A stretch of DNA of 64,000 nt from a bacterium (GCA_963642885.1 CAVIJI010000004.1:22633-86632); one strand, 5' to 3'; positions 48,333-57,887 are shown, numbered from the stretch's first letter. Numbers and translations: made by a program. Notes: generated by a model not told the origin, from the letters alone.

Positions 48333-49025
48333 TTAGCCGAGCTTAGCGGTATTTACCTTAATGCCGGGGCCCATTGTGGAAGCAACAACACAGCTCTTGA
48401 TATACTGGCCTTTAGCTGCAGCGGGACGAGCCTTAACAACAGCGCCAACGAGAGTGTTAAAGTTTTCAGCGAGCTTTTCGGCACCGAAGGAAGCCTTACC
48501 GATGGGGCAGTGAATGATGTTGGTCTTGTCGAGACGGTACTCGATCTTACCTGCTTTAGCTTCGTTAACAGCCTTAGCAACATCCATTGTAACTGTACCT
48601 GCTTTGGGGTTCGGCATGAGTCCCTTAGGACCGAGTACACGACCGAGACGACCGATAGTACCCATCATGTCGGGAGTAGCGATAACTACGTCGAAATCGA
48701 ACCAGTTTTCTTTCTGAATCTTTTCAACGAGATCCATATCGCCTACATATTCCGCGCCTGCTTCTTTAGCGGCTGTAGCCTTGTCGCCCTTTGCGAAAAC
48801 AAGAACGCGAACCTTTTTACCTGTACCGTGAGGAAGAACGATAGCACCGCGAACCTGCTGATCGGCGTGACGTGAGTCAACACCCAGACGAAGGTGAACT
48901 TCGATTGTTTCGTCGAACTTAGCCTTAGATGTCTGGCAAACAAGGTTCATTGCTTCTGCGCTGTCGTAGAGCTTGGATTTTTCGAGCAGCTTCTGGCTGT
49001 CTACGTACTTTTTACCTTTAAACAT
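48333..49025 (-). CDS. rplA: 50S ribosomal protein L1
   Basis: 230 aa with a typical L1 sequence ([12 protein letters not shown]...GPRGLMPNPK-like). Confidence 0.96.
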   Translation of the reverse strand: MFKGKKYVDSQKLLEKSKLYDSAEAMNLVCQTSKAKFDETIEVHLRLGVDSRHADQQVRGAIVLPHGTGKKVRVLVFAKGDKATAAKEAGAEYVGDMDLVEKIQKENWFDFDVVIATPDMMGTIGRLGRVLGPKGLMPNPKAGTVTMDVAKAVNEAKAGKIEYRLDKTNIIHCPIGKASFGAEKLAENFNTLVGAVVKARPAAAKGQYIKSCVVASTMGPGIKVNTAKLG

Positions 49026-49039
49026 TATTATAGCCCTCC

Positions 49040-49465
49040 TCAGTCTTCAACGGTAACACCCATGGAACGGGCAGTACCTGCGATCATGCTCATAGCCGCT
49101 TCGATGGAACCTGCGTTGAGGTCCTTCATCTTTGTTTCGGCGATCTGGCGAACCTGATCCTTTGTTATCTTAGCAACCTTTGTCTTGTTCGGAACGGGAG
49201 AAGCTGTTTCGATACCGCATGCCTTCTTGATAAGAACGGGAGCCGGCGGGGTCTTTGTAATAAATGTGAAAGAACGGTCAGCGTAGATAGTGATAACTAC
49301 GGGGATGATGAGACCGATATCGTTCTTTGTACGTTCGTTGAACTCTTTAACAAAGTTCATACCGTTAACACCGTAAGGGCCGAGTGCAGGACCTACAGGC
49401 GGCTGCATTGTGGCTTTACCGGCGTTGAGCTGAAGCTTTACATAGCCAACTATTTTCTTTGCCAT
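49040..49465 (-). CDS. rplK: 50S ribosomal protein L11
   Basis: 141 aa with [29 protein letters not shown]. Confidence 0.96.
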   Translation of the reverse strand: MAKKIVGYVKLQLNAGKATMQPPVGPALGPYGVNGMNFVKEFNERTKNDIGLIIPVVITIYADRSFTFITKTPPAPVLIKKACGIETASPVPNKTKVAKITKDQVRQIAETKMKDLNAGSIEAAMSMIAGTARSMGVTVED

Positions 49466-49610
49466 TGCAAATAATCCTCCATATGTGGTTTATGACGGGA
49501 GACTGAATAGTATTTTCTCCCTCCCACTTTATTTGCCGTTTTATCGGAAAACGACGAACCTTTTTGCGCTCAACTGCACGCTTTTAATGCGGCATACGAG
49601 CGTGGCGGAG

Positions 49611-50162
49611 TTATTCCTTAGCCTTTTCGACATATTTCTTGTCGAGCTTAACCGGAATATCTCTTCCGACGGTGGACACGATTACCGTAGCCTCACCGGT
49701 TTCCTCATTATATTCGGACAGCGTGCCCGTATAGCCGCGGAATACTCCGTCGATTATATTGACACTGTCGCCTACGGTATACGCAAGATGTTCGGTAGGC
49801 GATGCATCCTCTTTAATGATGGCTGCGGCTTCTTCTTCGGTGAGCGGAACCGGTTTGGAGCCCGGTCCGACAAATCCCGTGACGCCGCGGATATTTCTGA
49901 CAATATGCCAGGTTTCGTCGGTCATGACCATTTTAACAAGAACGTATGCGGGGAATATTTTCGATTCCACCTCATGCGGTGCTTTGTTTCCGTCGGTTTC
50001 TATGATTGTTTCCGTCGGAATTCTAATATCTGTGATAAGATCTCCGAGACCTCTGTTCTCGACTATCTTTTCAAGATTGGCTTTGACTTTGTTTTCGTAG
50101 CCCGAATAAGTATGCGCAACATACCAACGCAGACCTTCGTTCATCTCATTAATATCGCTCAT
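49611..50162 (-). CDS. nusG: Transcription termination/antitermination factor NusG
   Basis: 183 aa with WYVAHTYSGYENKV and a KOW region GDSVNIIDGVFRGYTGTL. Confidence 0.95.
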   Translation of the reverse strand: MSDINEMNEGLRWYVAHTYSGYENKVKANLEKIVENRGLGDLITDIRIPTETIIETDGNKAPHEVESKIFPAYVLVKMVMTDETWHIVRNIRGVTGFVGPGSKPVPLTEEEAAAIIKEDASPTEHLAYTVGDSVNIIDGVFRGYTGTLSEYNEETGEATVIVSTVGRDIPVKLDKKYVEKAKE

Positions 50163-50220
50163 AAAATCATTATCCTCCCTGACTCAGGTTTGCGGGGAAT
50201 GACATCGATGCTTCGACTTC

Positions 50221-50493
50221 TCAGAACAGAAGGCTGAGACCGTTAATTGCCTGTGAGAAACAGTAGTCAAGTATTGCGAGAGCTGCGGAGAAAATAACTA
50301 CACACACAATCACAACTATGCTGTTGGAGCGTACGCTCTTCCAGCTTGCCCAGTTGATTTTTTTGCATTCGGATTTAACGGATTTAAACCAAGCTTTGAT
50401 GCGCTCCCAGGTCGACGGCTTGTCCGATTTTGCTTTCTCGGGCTTCTGTGCGTCGTTCTTTTTTACCTCGGTATTTTTTTCGTTTTCAGCCAT
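50221..50493 (-). CDS. secE: Preprotein translocase subunit SecE
   Basis: 90 aa with a Lys-rich N-terminal extension, then SECKKINWASWKSV and a single TM. Confidence 0.85.
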   Translation of the reverse strand: MAENEKNTEVKKNDAQKPEKAKSDKPSTWERIKAWFKSVKSECKKINWASWKSVRSNSIVVIVCVVIFSAALAILDYCFSQAINGLSLLF

Positions 50494-50513
50494 ATCAAAT
50501 ACTCCTTAAGTGG

Positions 50514-50663
50514 TTACTTGGTTTCTCTGTGAAGAGTGTGCTTGCGGCAGAAACGGCAGTACTTTTTGAGTTCAAGTCTGTCAGGGTCGTTCTTCTTGTT
50601 TTTCTTTGTGTCGTAATTACGCTGTTTGCATTCACTGCAAGCAAGAGTGATCTTAACTCTCAT
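50514..50663 (-). CDS. rpmG: 50S ribosomal protein L33
   Basis: Not in the ORF track because it is 49 aa. Hand translation gives [49 protein letters not shown]. An SD AAGGAGG lies upstream. Confidence 0.93.
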   Translation of the reverse strand: MRVKITLACSECKQRNYDTKKNKKNDPDRLELKKYCRFCRKHTLHRETK

Positions 50664-50801
50664 TCTATCGGCACCTCCTTGAAAATTTTGACCGGGATAA
50701 CTCGGCCAGATAATGTACCTCCCTCGCCGGGGGCAGTCGATGCGTGCGTCATGACCGTGTTACACGCATACGAAAAAAGACCCTCTGCACGAGGTAAATA
50801 C

Positions 50802-50830
50802 ATTATACCATTTTTTTGCTAAACCGTCAA
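50802..50830 (-). promoter_or_regulatory. Promoter of the rpmG-secE-nusG unit
   Basis: Minus strand reads TTGACG-17 nt-TATAAT, leaving a leader of about 140 nt. Confidence 0.55.
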
Positions 50831-50918
50831 TATTTTTTTCGAGATATTCGGAAAGATTAATGTCAAAAAATATTACTATCAGAAGAAAAAAACTGTATAA
50901 AAACTTTATATTATCTTA

Positions 50919-50947
50919 TTTACAATCAAGAACGATTATGCTATAAT
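50919..50947 (+). promoter_or_regulatory. Promoter of rpsO
   Basis: TTTACA-17 nt-TATAAT, leaving a leader of about 115 nt. Confidence 0.55.
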
Positions 50948-51069
50948 ATATTTTGGATTGCCCATGTCACGGTTTTCGGATTAATGGTTGCGTCAGCGAC
51001 ATTTTCACCCGCCGAATGCTGAGACTCGGGAATCACAAAAAACATTTAAGGTGAAAGGAAAACACAGCC

Positions 51070-51336
51070 ATGATGACAAAGGAAAAGAAGCAGGAAATTA
51101 TCGACGCTTATAAGATTCACGAAGGTGACACAGGTTCTCCCGAAGTACAGATCGCTATTCTCACAAGCAGAATAGAAACTCTCACAGAGCATCTTAAGAC
51201 CAACAAGAAGGACCACCACAGCCGCCGCGGACTTAACAAGATGGTCGGACACAGACGTAACCTTCTCGGTTACCTCAAGGATAACGATATCGAAAGATAC
51301 CGTGCCATCGTTGAAAAGCTCGGTCTCAGAAGATAA
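51070..51336 (+). CDS. rpsO: 30S ribosomal protein S15
   Basis: 88 aa with [30 protein letters not shown]. Confidence 0.96.
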   Translation: MMTKEKKQEIIDAYKIHEGDTGSPEVQIAILTSRIETLTEHLKTNKKDHHSRRGLNKMVGHRRNLLGYLKDNDIERYRAIVEKLGLRR

Positions 51337-51674
51337 GTTCCGCCCTCCCGTAAATAAGTCAACATCGACTGACGGCATTGTATTCCAGTGCCCGTAACAA
51401 ATGTGAATAAGCTGTCTGCGGCGCGGATGAGATATTCTTACGCCGCAGTACGGTTTTATTTACGATATTTTGCTGTCGTACCGTGTCGGCAATTAAATAA
51501 TTGTCGAAAGAGAAATACTTTCGGCCGTTCTTTAAGTGCTGAAACGTACGGCGGTAACATTGAATAAGACTACACCGGGTAAGCAACATACCGCTTTGTT
51601 TTGCGGTGCGGTCTTATCGTTAACAATTTACGCATTACAAAAGTATTAAAGTATTTCAGAAAGGCTCAAGACAA

Positions 51675-53771
51675 ATGTTTGAGAATTATAAAACCTTTTC
51701 CTATGACTTTGCCGGACGTCCTCTGGTTATAGAGACGGGTAAAATGGCAGGTCTCGCAAACGGTTCTGTACTTGTGAGATACGGGGATACCGCCGTTCTT
51801 TGCTGTGCTACGGCTTCCGAGAGACCTCGCGACGGTATTGATTTTCTTCCGTTATCCATCGATTTCGAAGAGAGACTTTACGCTGTAGGCAGAATTCCCG
51901 GTTCTTATCTCAAGAGAGAAGGAAGACCGAGCGAAAAAGCCATCCTCACATCGAGAGTTATCGACAGACCTATACGTCCTCTTTTCCCGAAGGACCTCAG
52001 AAACGATGTAGTGCTTTCACTTCTCGTACTTGCGGTTGACCATGACGCTTCACCCGAAATTGCCGCAATGGTAGGTGCGTCCATAGCTTTGTCTATTTCC
52101 GATATTCCGTGGAACGGACCTATCGGCGGAGTTTTTGTCGGCCTGACAGAAGAAGAAGGGCTGATTATCAATCCCACGGCCGAGCAGAGAGAACGTTCTT
52201 CACTCGAACTTACCGTAGCGGGTACAAAGAAAAAAGTCGTTATGATCGAAGCAGGTGCCGCGGAAGTTTCGGATGACAAGATGTTTGAAGCAATCATGCT
52301 CGCTCATGAGGAAATCAAGAAGCTTTGTGCGTTTATCGAGGATATTCAGAGCCAGATCGGTAAGCCGAAGTTCGAGTATCCGTCCGCTGAAGTTCCGCAG
52401 GATTTGTTTGATTCCGTATATGCGTTCTGCGCGGAAGACGTAAAGGTTGCTCTCGACACGGACGACAAGAATGTTCGTGACGCGAGAATGGCACCGATTT
52501 ACGATGCGGTATACACAGAATTCGATAAAGAAAACTCCGAAGAATACCGCAAGGTACTCGACGAGGTTCTCTATAAGGTACAGAAGAAGATTGTAAGACG
52601 TTGGCTTCTTGACGAACAGAAGCGTGTCGACGGCAGAAGAATGGATCAGATTCGTCCTCTTGCAGCCGAGGTACATCTCTTCAACCGTGACCACGGTTCG
52701 GGTATGTTTACCCGTGGCCAGACGCAGGTATTGACAGTTGCGACTCTCGGTTCTATCTCCGATGTACAGATGCTCGACGGTATATCCGAAGAGGAAACAA
52801 AGCGTTACATGCACCATTACAATATGCCCGGTTATTCCACAGGTGAAGCAAAGGCAGTAAGAAGTCCCGGCAGACGTGAAATCGGACACGGTGCTCTTGC
52901 GGAGCGTTCGCTTGTTCCGGTGCTTCCTTCCGTCGAGGAATTCCCGTATGCGATTCGCTGCGTATCGGAAGTAATAAGCTCGAACGGATCGACATCACAG
53001 GCATCCGTGTGCGGTTCCACACTTGCGCTTATGGATGCGGGTGTGCCGATTAAAGCTCCCGTAGCGGGTATTTCCTGCGGACTTATTACCGAGGGTGACA
53101 GATGGATGACCATGGTTGATATTCAAGGTCTCGAAGACTTCTACGGAGACATGGATTTCAAGGTTGCGGGTACACATAAGGGTATTACATCCATTCAGAT
53201 GGACCTTAAGATAGACGGTCTTACTCCCGAGATAATCAAGGAAGCTCTTGCTGTTACTCACAAGGGACGTGACTATATCATTGATGAAGTAATTCTCAAG
53301 GCTATTCCCGCGCCCAGAGCCGAGGTTTCCGAGTACGCTCCCAAGATGATTACCATGAAGATTCCCGTTGACAAGATTGCGGAAGTTATCGGTAAACAGG
53401 GAAGTGTTATCAAGCAGATTGTTGCCGATACCGGAGCAAAGGTTGATATAGAGGAAGACGGTTCCGTATTTATTTCCGGAATCGAGAAGTCATCTCTTGA
53501 TGCTGCCAAGGCAATGATAGATGCGATAATATTCGAGCCTGTTGTCGGCGACATATATGAAGGTGTAGTAACGAGAATCATACCGATTGGTGCGTTCGTT
53601 GAGTTTGCTCCCAAGAAGGAGGGAATGGTTCACATTTCCAAGCTCGACAAAAAGCGTACCGAAAAGGTAGAGGATGTATGCAATATCGGCGACAAGATTA
53701 AGGTTAAGTTCCTCGGTGTCGACGAAAAGGGAAGATTCAATCTTTCGAGAAAAGATGCTTTGGATGACTGA
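51675..53771 (+). CDS. pnp: Polyribonucleotide nucleotidyltransferase (PNPase)
   Basis: 698 aa with two RNase PH domains, KH (GKQGSVIKQI) and S1 (GDIYEGVVTRIIPIGAFVEF). Confidence 0.96.
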   Translation: MFENYKTFSYDFAGRPLVIETGKMAGLANGSVLVRYGDTAVLCCATASERPRDGIDFLPLSIDFEERLYAVGRIPGSYLKREGRPSEKAILTSRVIDRPIRPLFPKDLRNDVVLSLLVLAVDHDASPEIAAMVGASIALSISDIPWNGPIGGVFVGLTEEEGLIINPTAEQRERSSLELTVAGTKKKVVMIEAGAAEVSDDKMFEAIMLAHEEIKKLCAFIEDIQSQIGKPKFEYPSAEVPQDLFDSVYAFCAEDVKVALDTDDKNVRDARMAPIYDAVYTEFDKENSEEYRKVLDEVLYKVQKKIVRRWLLDEQKRVDGRRMDQIRPLAAEVHLFNRDHGSGMFTRGQTQVLTVATLGSISDVQMLDGISEEETKRYMHHYNMPGYSTGEAKAVRSPGRREIGHGALAERSLVPVLPSVEEFPYAIRCVSEVISSNGSTSQASVCGSTLALMDAGVPIKAPVAGISCGLITEGDRWMTMVDIQGLEDFYGDMDFKVAGTHKGITSIQMDLKIDGLTPEIIKEALAVTHKGRDYIIDEVILKAIPAPRAEVSEYAPKMITMKIPVDKIAEVIGKQGSVIKQIVADTGAKVDIEEDGSVFISGIEKSSLDAAKAMIDAIIFEPVVGDIYEGVVTRIIPIGAFVEFAPKKEGMVHISKLDKKRTEKVEDVCNIGDKIKVKFLGVDEKGRFNLSRKDALDD

Positions 53772-53816
53772 GCGGGGATACTCTAAAGCTGAATAGTTAA
53801 GGAAACCACCCCGCTC
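53770..53816 (+). repeat. Solo repeat module A (stem-N31-stem) overlapping the pnp stop codon
   Basis: GAGCGGGG-N31-CCCCGCTC. The 5' arm starts inside the TGA at 53769-53771. Confidence 0.8.
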
Positions 53817-53818
53817 TC

Positions 53819-53864
53819 GAGCTTGCACGTTTGCCTACGGCAAACGTGCAAGCTCCTTTATTTT
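53819..53864 (+). terminator. pnp rho-independent terminator
   Basis: gagcttgcacgtttgcc-tac-ggcaaacgtgcaagctc is a perfect 17-bp stem followed by ctttatttt. Confidence 0.85.
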
Positions 53865-53875
53865 GGCTTAGATTT

Positions 53876-53922
53876 GAGCGGGGATACTCCGAAGCTGAAT
53901 AGCAGAGAAAACCACCCCGCTC
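53876..53922 (+). repeat. Solo repeat module A, second copy
   Basis: GAGCGGGG-N31-CCCCGCTC. The loop is about 70% identical to the copy at 53770. Confidence 0.8.
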
Positions 53923-53928
53923 CCGTGT

Positions 53929-54440
53929 CGGCGGAATCAGTTCGGTTTTGAGGTGGAGCAATAAACCGCCTCCATGAGAATTTTCTCAAAGAAAATTCTC
54001 CGATGTACTGCTTAGGTTTAAGCGGCGGAATCAGTTCGGTTTTGAGGTGGAGCAATAAACCGCCTCCATGAGAATTTTCTCAAAGAAAATTCTCCGATGT
54101 ACTGCTTAGGTTTAAGCGGCGGAATCAGTTCGGTTTTGAGGTGGAGCAATAAACCGCCTCCATGAGAATTTTCTCAAAGAAAATTCTCCGATGTACTGCT
54201 TAGGTTTAAGCGGCGGAATCAGTTCGGTTTTGAGGTGGAGCAATAAACCGCCTCCATGAGAATTTTCTCAAAGAAAATTCTCCGATGTACTGCTTAGGTT
54301 TAAGCGGCGGAATCAGTTCGGTTTTGAGGTGGAGCAATAAACCGCCTCCATGAGAATTTTCTCAAAGAAAATTCTCCGAGGTACTGCTTAGGTTTAAGCG
54401 GTGGATTCAGTTCGGTTTTGAGGTGGAGCAATAGAACGCC
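53929..54440 (+). repeat. Tandem array, 94-bp unit x ~5.4, two hairpins per unit
   Basis: gcggaatcag recurs at 53931, 54025, 54119, 54213 and 54307, with a degenerate copy at 54401. Each unit contains gagaattttc-tcaaa-gaaaattctc. Confidence 0.95.
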
Positions 54441-54457
54441 CACGGTATGGTAATTGA

Positions 54458-54493
54458 ATAAATAAAACCCGACGGACTTTAATCTGTCGGGTT
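54458..54493 (-). terminator. glnN terminator
   Basis: The minus strand has aacccgac-N12-gtcgggtt followed by ttatttatt, 22 nt after the stop. Confidence 0.7.
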
Positions 54494-54514
54494 CTGTTTT
54501 TATGAGAGCGGATA

Positions 54515-56614
54515 TTATGAAATACCGAACAGGAGCTTTGAGTAAGTGGGGTATCTCCAGTACTTCATATCGGTTATGCTTTCGGCTTCGTCGCATGCTT
54601 CGCGCAGCTTCTCCATAGTGACGATAATCTTTCCTTTAACCGCGAATGATGCTTCCGTCATATCGGAAATTTCATCGACCGTTTTTACTTCACTGTCAAG
54701 CTTTTCGGTAAGTGATGCAATAGACGAAGAGAGGACTGAGAGCTTTTCGACGAGCTTTTGCTCATAATCTGTGGAAATTGAAGGAGAAAGAGTACGCTTC
54801 ATCACGCCGGTTTCGCTGATTGCTTTCGTATATTCGCTGACAGCGGGAAGTATTTGCTTGTAAATCATGTCAATCATAACATTGGCTTCGATTTTGATGG
54901 TTTTAACATAATTTTCAAGCATTATTTCATATCTCGAGCGCATTTCCGTCTCGGTATAGACATGGTGTGTTTTAAACAGCTCTATATTCTTCTCGGTGAG
55001 GTACATTGTGAGAGCTTCGGGTGTCGAACGAAGGTTAAGCAGACCGCGCACGTCGGTTGCCTCTTCTATCCACTCATTATCGTAACCGTTGCCGTTGAAT
55101 ATGATTCTCTTGTGCTTTTTAATTGTATCTCTGATTAAATTATTGAGTTCTTCCTGGAAGTTGTCGGATGCTTCGAGGATGTCGGCGAACTGTCTCAATG
55201 ATTCAGCTACCGCTGTGTTGAGTACCGTGTTGCAGTCTGCGATAGAGCTTGAAGAACCTACCATACGGAATTCGAATTTATTTCCCGTGAACGCGAACGG
55301 CGAGGTGCGGTTTCTGTCCGTTGTGTCCTTCGGAAGCTTGGGAAGAATAACCGTTCCGAGATGAAGTCTTGAGGTTTCTTTCGGGTCGTAGTGTTTATCG
55401 GATTCAAGCGCATTCAATATATCCGTGAGTTCATCTCCGAGGAATATAGATATAACGGCGGGAGGCGCTTCGTTTGCACCGAGACGATGGTCGTTTCCCG
55501 CTGTAGCGGCACTGATTCTAAGTAATGCCTGATATTCGTCAACGGCTTTGATAACGGCACAGAGGAAAAGAAGAAATTGAGCATTATCATGCGGCGTATC
55601 ACCCGGGGTAAGAAGATTTACGCCTGTATTGGTACCTATAGACCAGTTATTGTGTTTGCCGGAGCCGTTTACACCGTTAAACGGTTTTTCGTGGAGAAGA
55701 CAAACGAGGCCATGACGCTTTGCTACCTTTTTCATGATTTCCATTGTAAGCTGGTTGTGGTCGGTAGCTATATTGGCTTGCGTGAATATAGGAGCGAGCT
55801 CGTGCTGTGCGGGAGCGGCTTCGTTGTGTTCGGTTTTTGCAAAAATACCGAGCTTCCACAATTCCACATCAAGCTCTCTCATGAAAGCTTCCACTTTAGG
55901 TTTAATAACTCCGAAATAATGGTCGTCAAGCTCCTGACCCTTGAGTGAGCGCGCTCCGAAAAGAGTTCTGCCGGTGAAGATAAGGTCCTCGCGCTTGTTG
56001 TACATTTCTTCGGGAACGAGGAAGTATTCCTGCTCGGGGCCTACACTTGTTCTGACACATGTGACATCGGTATTGGGGTCGAAAAGCTTCAGAATACGGA
56101 GCGATTGCTTGTTTATCGCTTCCATTGAGCGTAAGAGAGGGGTTTTTGTGTCAAGAGCTTCACCACCGTATGAACAGAACGCGGTGGGAATACATAATGT
56201 GTCGTCTTTGATGAAGGCATATGATGTGGGGTCCCATGCCGTATAGCCTCTTGCTTCGAATGTGGCTCTTAAGCCGCCCGAGGGGAACGATGATGCATCA
56301 GGCTCACCTCGTACAAGTTCTTTACCGGAGAATTCCATTATTACCTTACCGTCACCGATCGGCGAAATAAAGCTGTCGTGTTTTTCGGCGGTAAAGCCGG
56401 TTAAAGGCTGAAACCAATGCGTATAGTGAGTGCAGCCATGTTCCACAGCCCAGTCCTTCATTGCGTTTGCTACAATATTAGCCACACCGAGATCAAGCTG
56501 TCTGTTTTCGTCGATTGTTTTTTTAAGAGACTTATACGTTTCCTTCGGAAGTCTTTCCTTCATGGTTGTGTCATCAAAGGAAAGACAGCCGAAATATTCG
56601 CTGACTGTAGACAT
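54515..56614 (-). CDS. glnN: Glutamine synthetase type III
   Basis: 699 aa with a typical GSIII N-terminus ([26 protein letters not shown]) and length. Confidence 0.9.
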   Translation of the reverse strand: MSTVSEYFGCLSFDDTTMKERLPKETYKSLKKTIDENRQLDLGVANIVANAMKDWAVEHGCTHYTHWFQPLTGFTAEKHDSFISPIGDGKVIMEFSGKELVRGEPDASSFPSGGLRATFEARGYTAWDPTSYAFIKDDTLCIPTAFCSYGGEALDTKTPLLRSMEAINKQSLRILKLFDPNTDVTCVRTSVGPEQEYFLVPEEMYNKREDLIFTGRTLFGARSLKGQELDDHYFGVIKPKVEAFMRELDVELWKLGIFAKTEHNEAAPAQHELAPIFTQANIATDHNQLTMEIMKKVAKRHGLVCLLHEKPFNGVNGSGKHNNWSIGTNTGVNLLTPGDTPHDNAQFLLFLCAVIKAVDEYQALLRISAATAGNDHRLGANEAPPAVISIFLGDELTDILNALESDKHYDPKETSRLHLGTVILPKLPKDTTDRNRTSPFAFTGNKFEFRMVGSSSSIADCNTVLNTAVAESLRQFADILEASDNFQEELNNLIRDTIKKHKRIIFNGNGYDNEWIEEATDVRGLLNLRSTPEALTMYLTEKNIELFKTHHVYTETEMRSRYEIMLENYVKTIKIEANVMIDMIYKQILPAVSEYTKAISETGVMKRTLSPSISTDYEQKLVEKLSVLSSSIASLTEKLDSEVKTVDEISDMTEASFAVKGKIIVTMEKLREACDEAESITDMKYWRYPTYSKLLFGIS

Positions 56615-56919
56615 CGGATAAACTCCTTTAAATATAATTAAGAATCAAGAAAAAAAGACAATGACAGCAATGGTGAAACCCGCGAATGTCTTTGTCGTTA
56701 CAATTAAATTATACTCATGTTTTAATACACTGTCAAGCTTTTTTCGAGAATGAAAAACGAATCGTAGGAATGCACAACTAAGTATTCCATTTTGAAAATC
56801 GGTTGTGAAAAATGAGAATATAATAATGTTGTGAACGAATTCGGAGGTGTTTTTTTGGGAGAACGGTAAAAAATTATATTGCACGATGTACAGAAAACAA
56901 AAAAATATAAAAATAATGT

Positions 56920-56948
56920 TTGACAAAACGGAAATAATGCGGTATAAT
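56920..56948 (+). promoter_or_regulatory. Consensus sigma-70 promoter for rsmE
   Basis: TTGACA-17 nt-TATAAT, an exact match. Confidence 0.6.
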
Positions 56949-57010
56949 TATATGGTATCTGAATATTGTGTGTTTTTATGCCGATAAATGATTTTCGCGA
57001 GGATGGTGTT

Positions 57011-57760
57011 ATGCCGAGATTTTTTATTTCAGAAGCCGACGTAATTGAAGTCGGCGGACAAACGAAAATCGCAATCGGCGGAGATGACGCGCTTCACATT
57101 ACCAGATCGCTGAGAATGCGTCCTGGAGAAAGACTTACTTTGTGCGATGACATGGGTGTGGAGTACACAACGGAAATATGTGAAATTCCGAGTGCGGAAA
57201 CCGTATTTGTTCGTGTACTGTCATCCGAAAAATCGGGCAACGAGCCGCCGTATCGGTGTACGGTTTATCAGGCTCTTGTCAAGGGAGACAGATTCGATAC
57301 GGTTTTACAGAAGTCTACGGAACTCGGGGCATCTGCCATAGTTCCCGTGGTGACATCAAGATGCATGGTTAAAATCGATTCCGGAGATGTCGGGAGAAAG
57401 ACGGAAAGATGGCGAAAAATCGTGGCGGAGGCATCCAAGCAATGCGGACGTGCGGTTATCCCGACGGTTTATGAGCCCGTGACATTTAAAGAAGCAGTGA
57501 AGGAAGCGGCCTGTGCCGATTTACCGCTGTTTTGCTATGAGGGGGACGGAACGTTGCCTATCTCGAAACACCTTTCAAGCACGGTGAATCCGAGAACGGC
57601 ATCGATTATGATCGGCCCCGAGGGAGGGTATGCTCCCGAAGAAGCCTCACTTGCGGTAGAATCCGGTATGCTCATGACGGGACTCGGAAAACGAATATTG
57701 AGAACGGAGACGGCTTCTCTGTATGTGCTTTCGTGCTTATCTTTGAAGTACGAACTTTGA
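57011..57760 (+). CDS. rsmE: 16S rRNA (uracil1498-N3)-methyltransferase
   Basis: The start is placed at ATG 57011 (MPRFFISEADV). The C-terminal motif is IGPEGGYAPEE. The track ORF starts at 56966. Confidence 0.88.
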   Translation: MPRFFISEADVIEVGGQTKIAIGGDDALHITRSLRMRPGERLTLCDDMGVEYTTEICEIPSAETVFVRVLSSEKSGNEPPYRCTVYQALVKGDRFDTVLQKSTELGASAIVPVVTSRCMVKIDSGDVGRKTERWRKIVAEASKQCGRAVIPTVYEPVTFKEAVKEAACADLPLFCYEGDGTLPISKHLSSTVNPRTASIMIGPEGGYAPEEASLAVESGMLMTGLGKRILRTETASLYVLSCLSLKYEL

Positions 57761-57887
57761 TCGGAATAATGCCGAGGTGGGAATGCGGTCCGTCGCGAAA
57801 ATCTGTATTTCGCGGGACGGCTGATTGTAAATTATGATAATCTGAAAGGAGAGGACTTATCCCGGATAAGGATAGGTTTACCGCTTA

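Noticed and set aside
53858-54596. Track ORFs 53858..54055 and 54300..54596 (minus) run through the 94-bp array.
   Set aside because: They are read-through of repeat sequence. 94 is not a multiple of 3, so the frame drifts between units. One overlaps the glnN 3' end, and neither has an SD.
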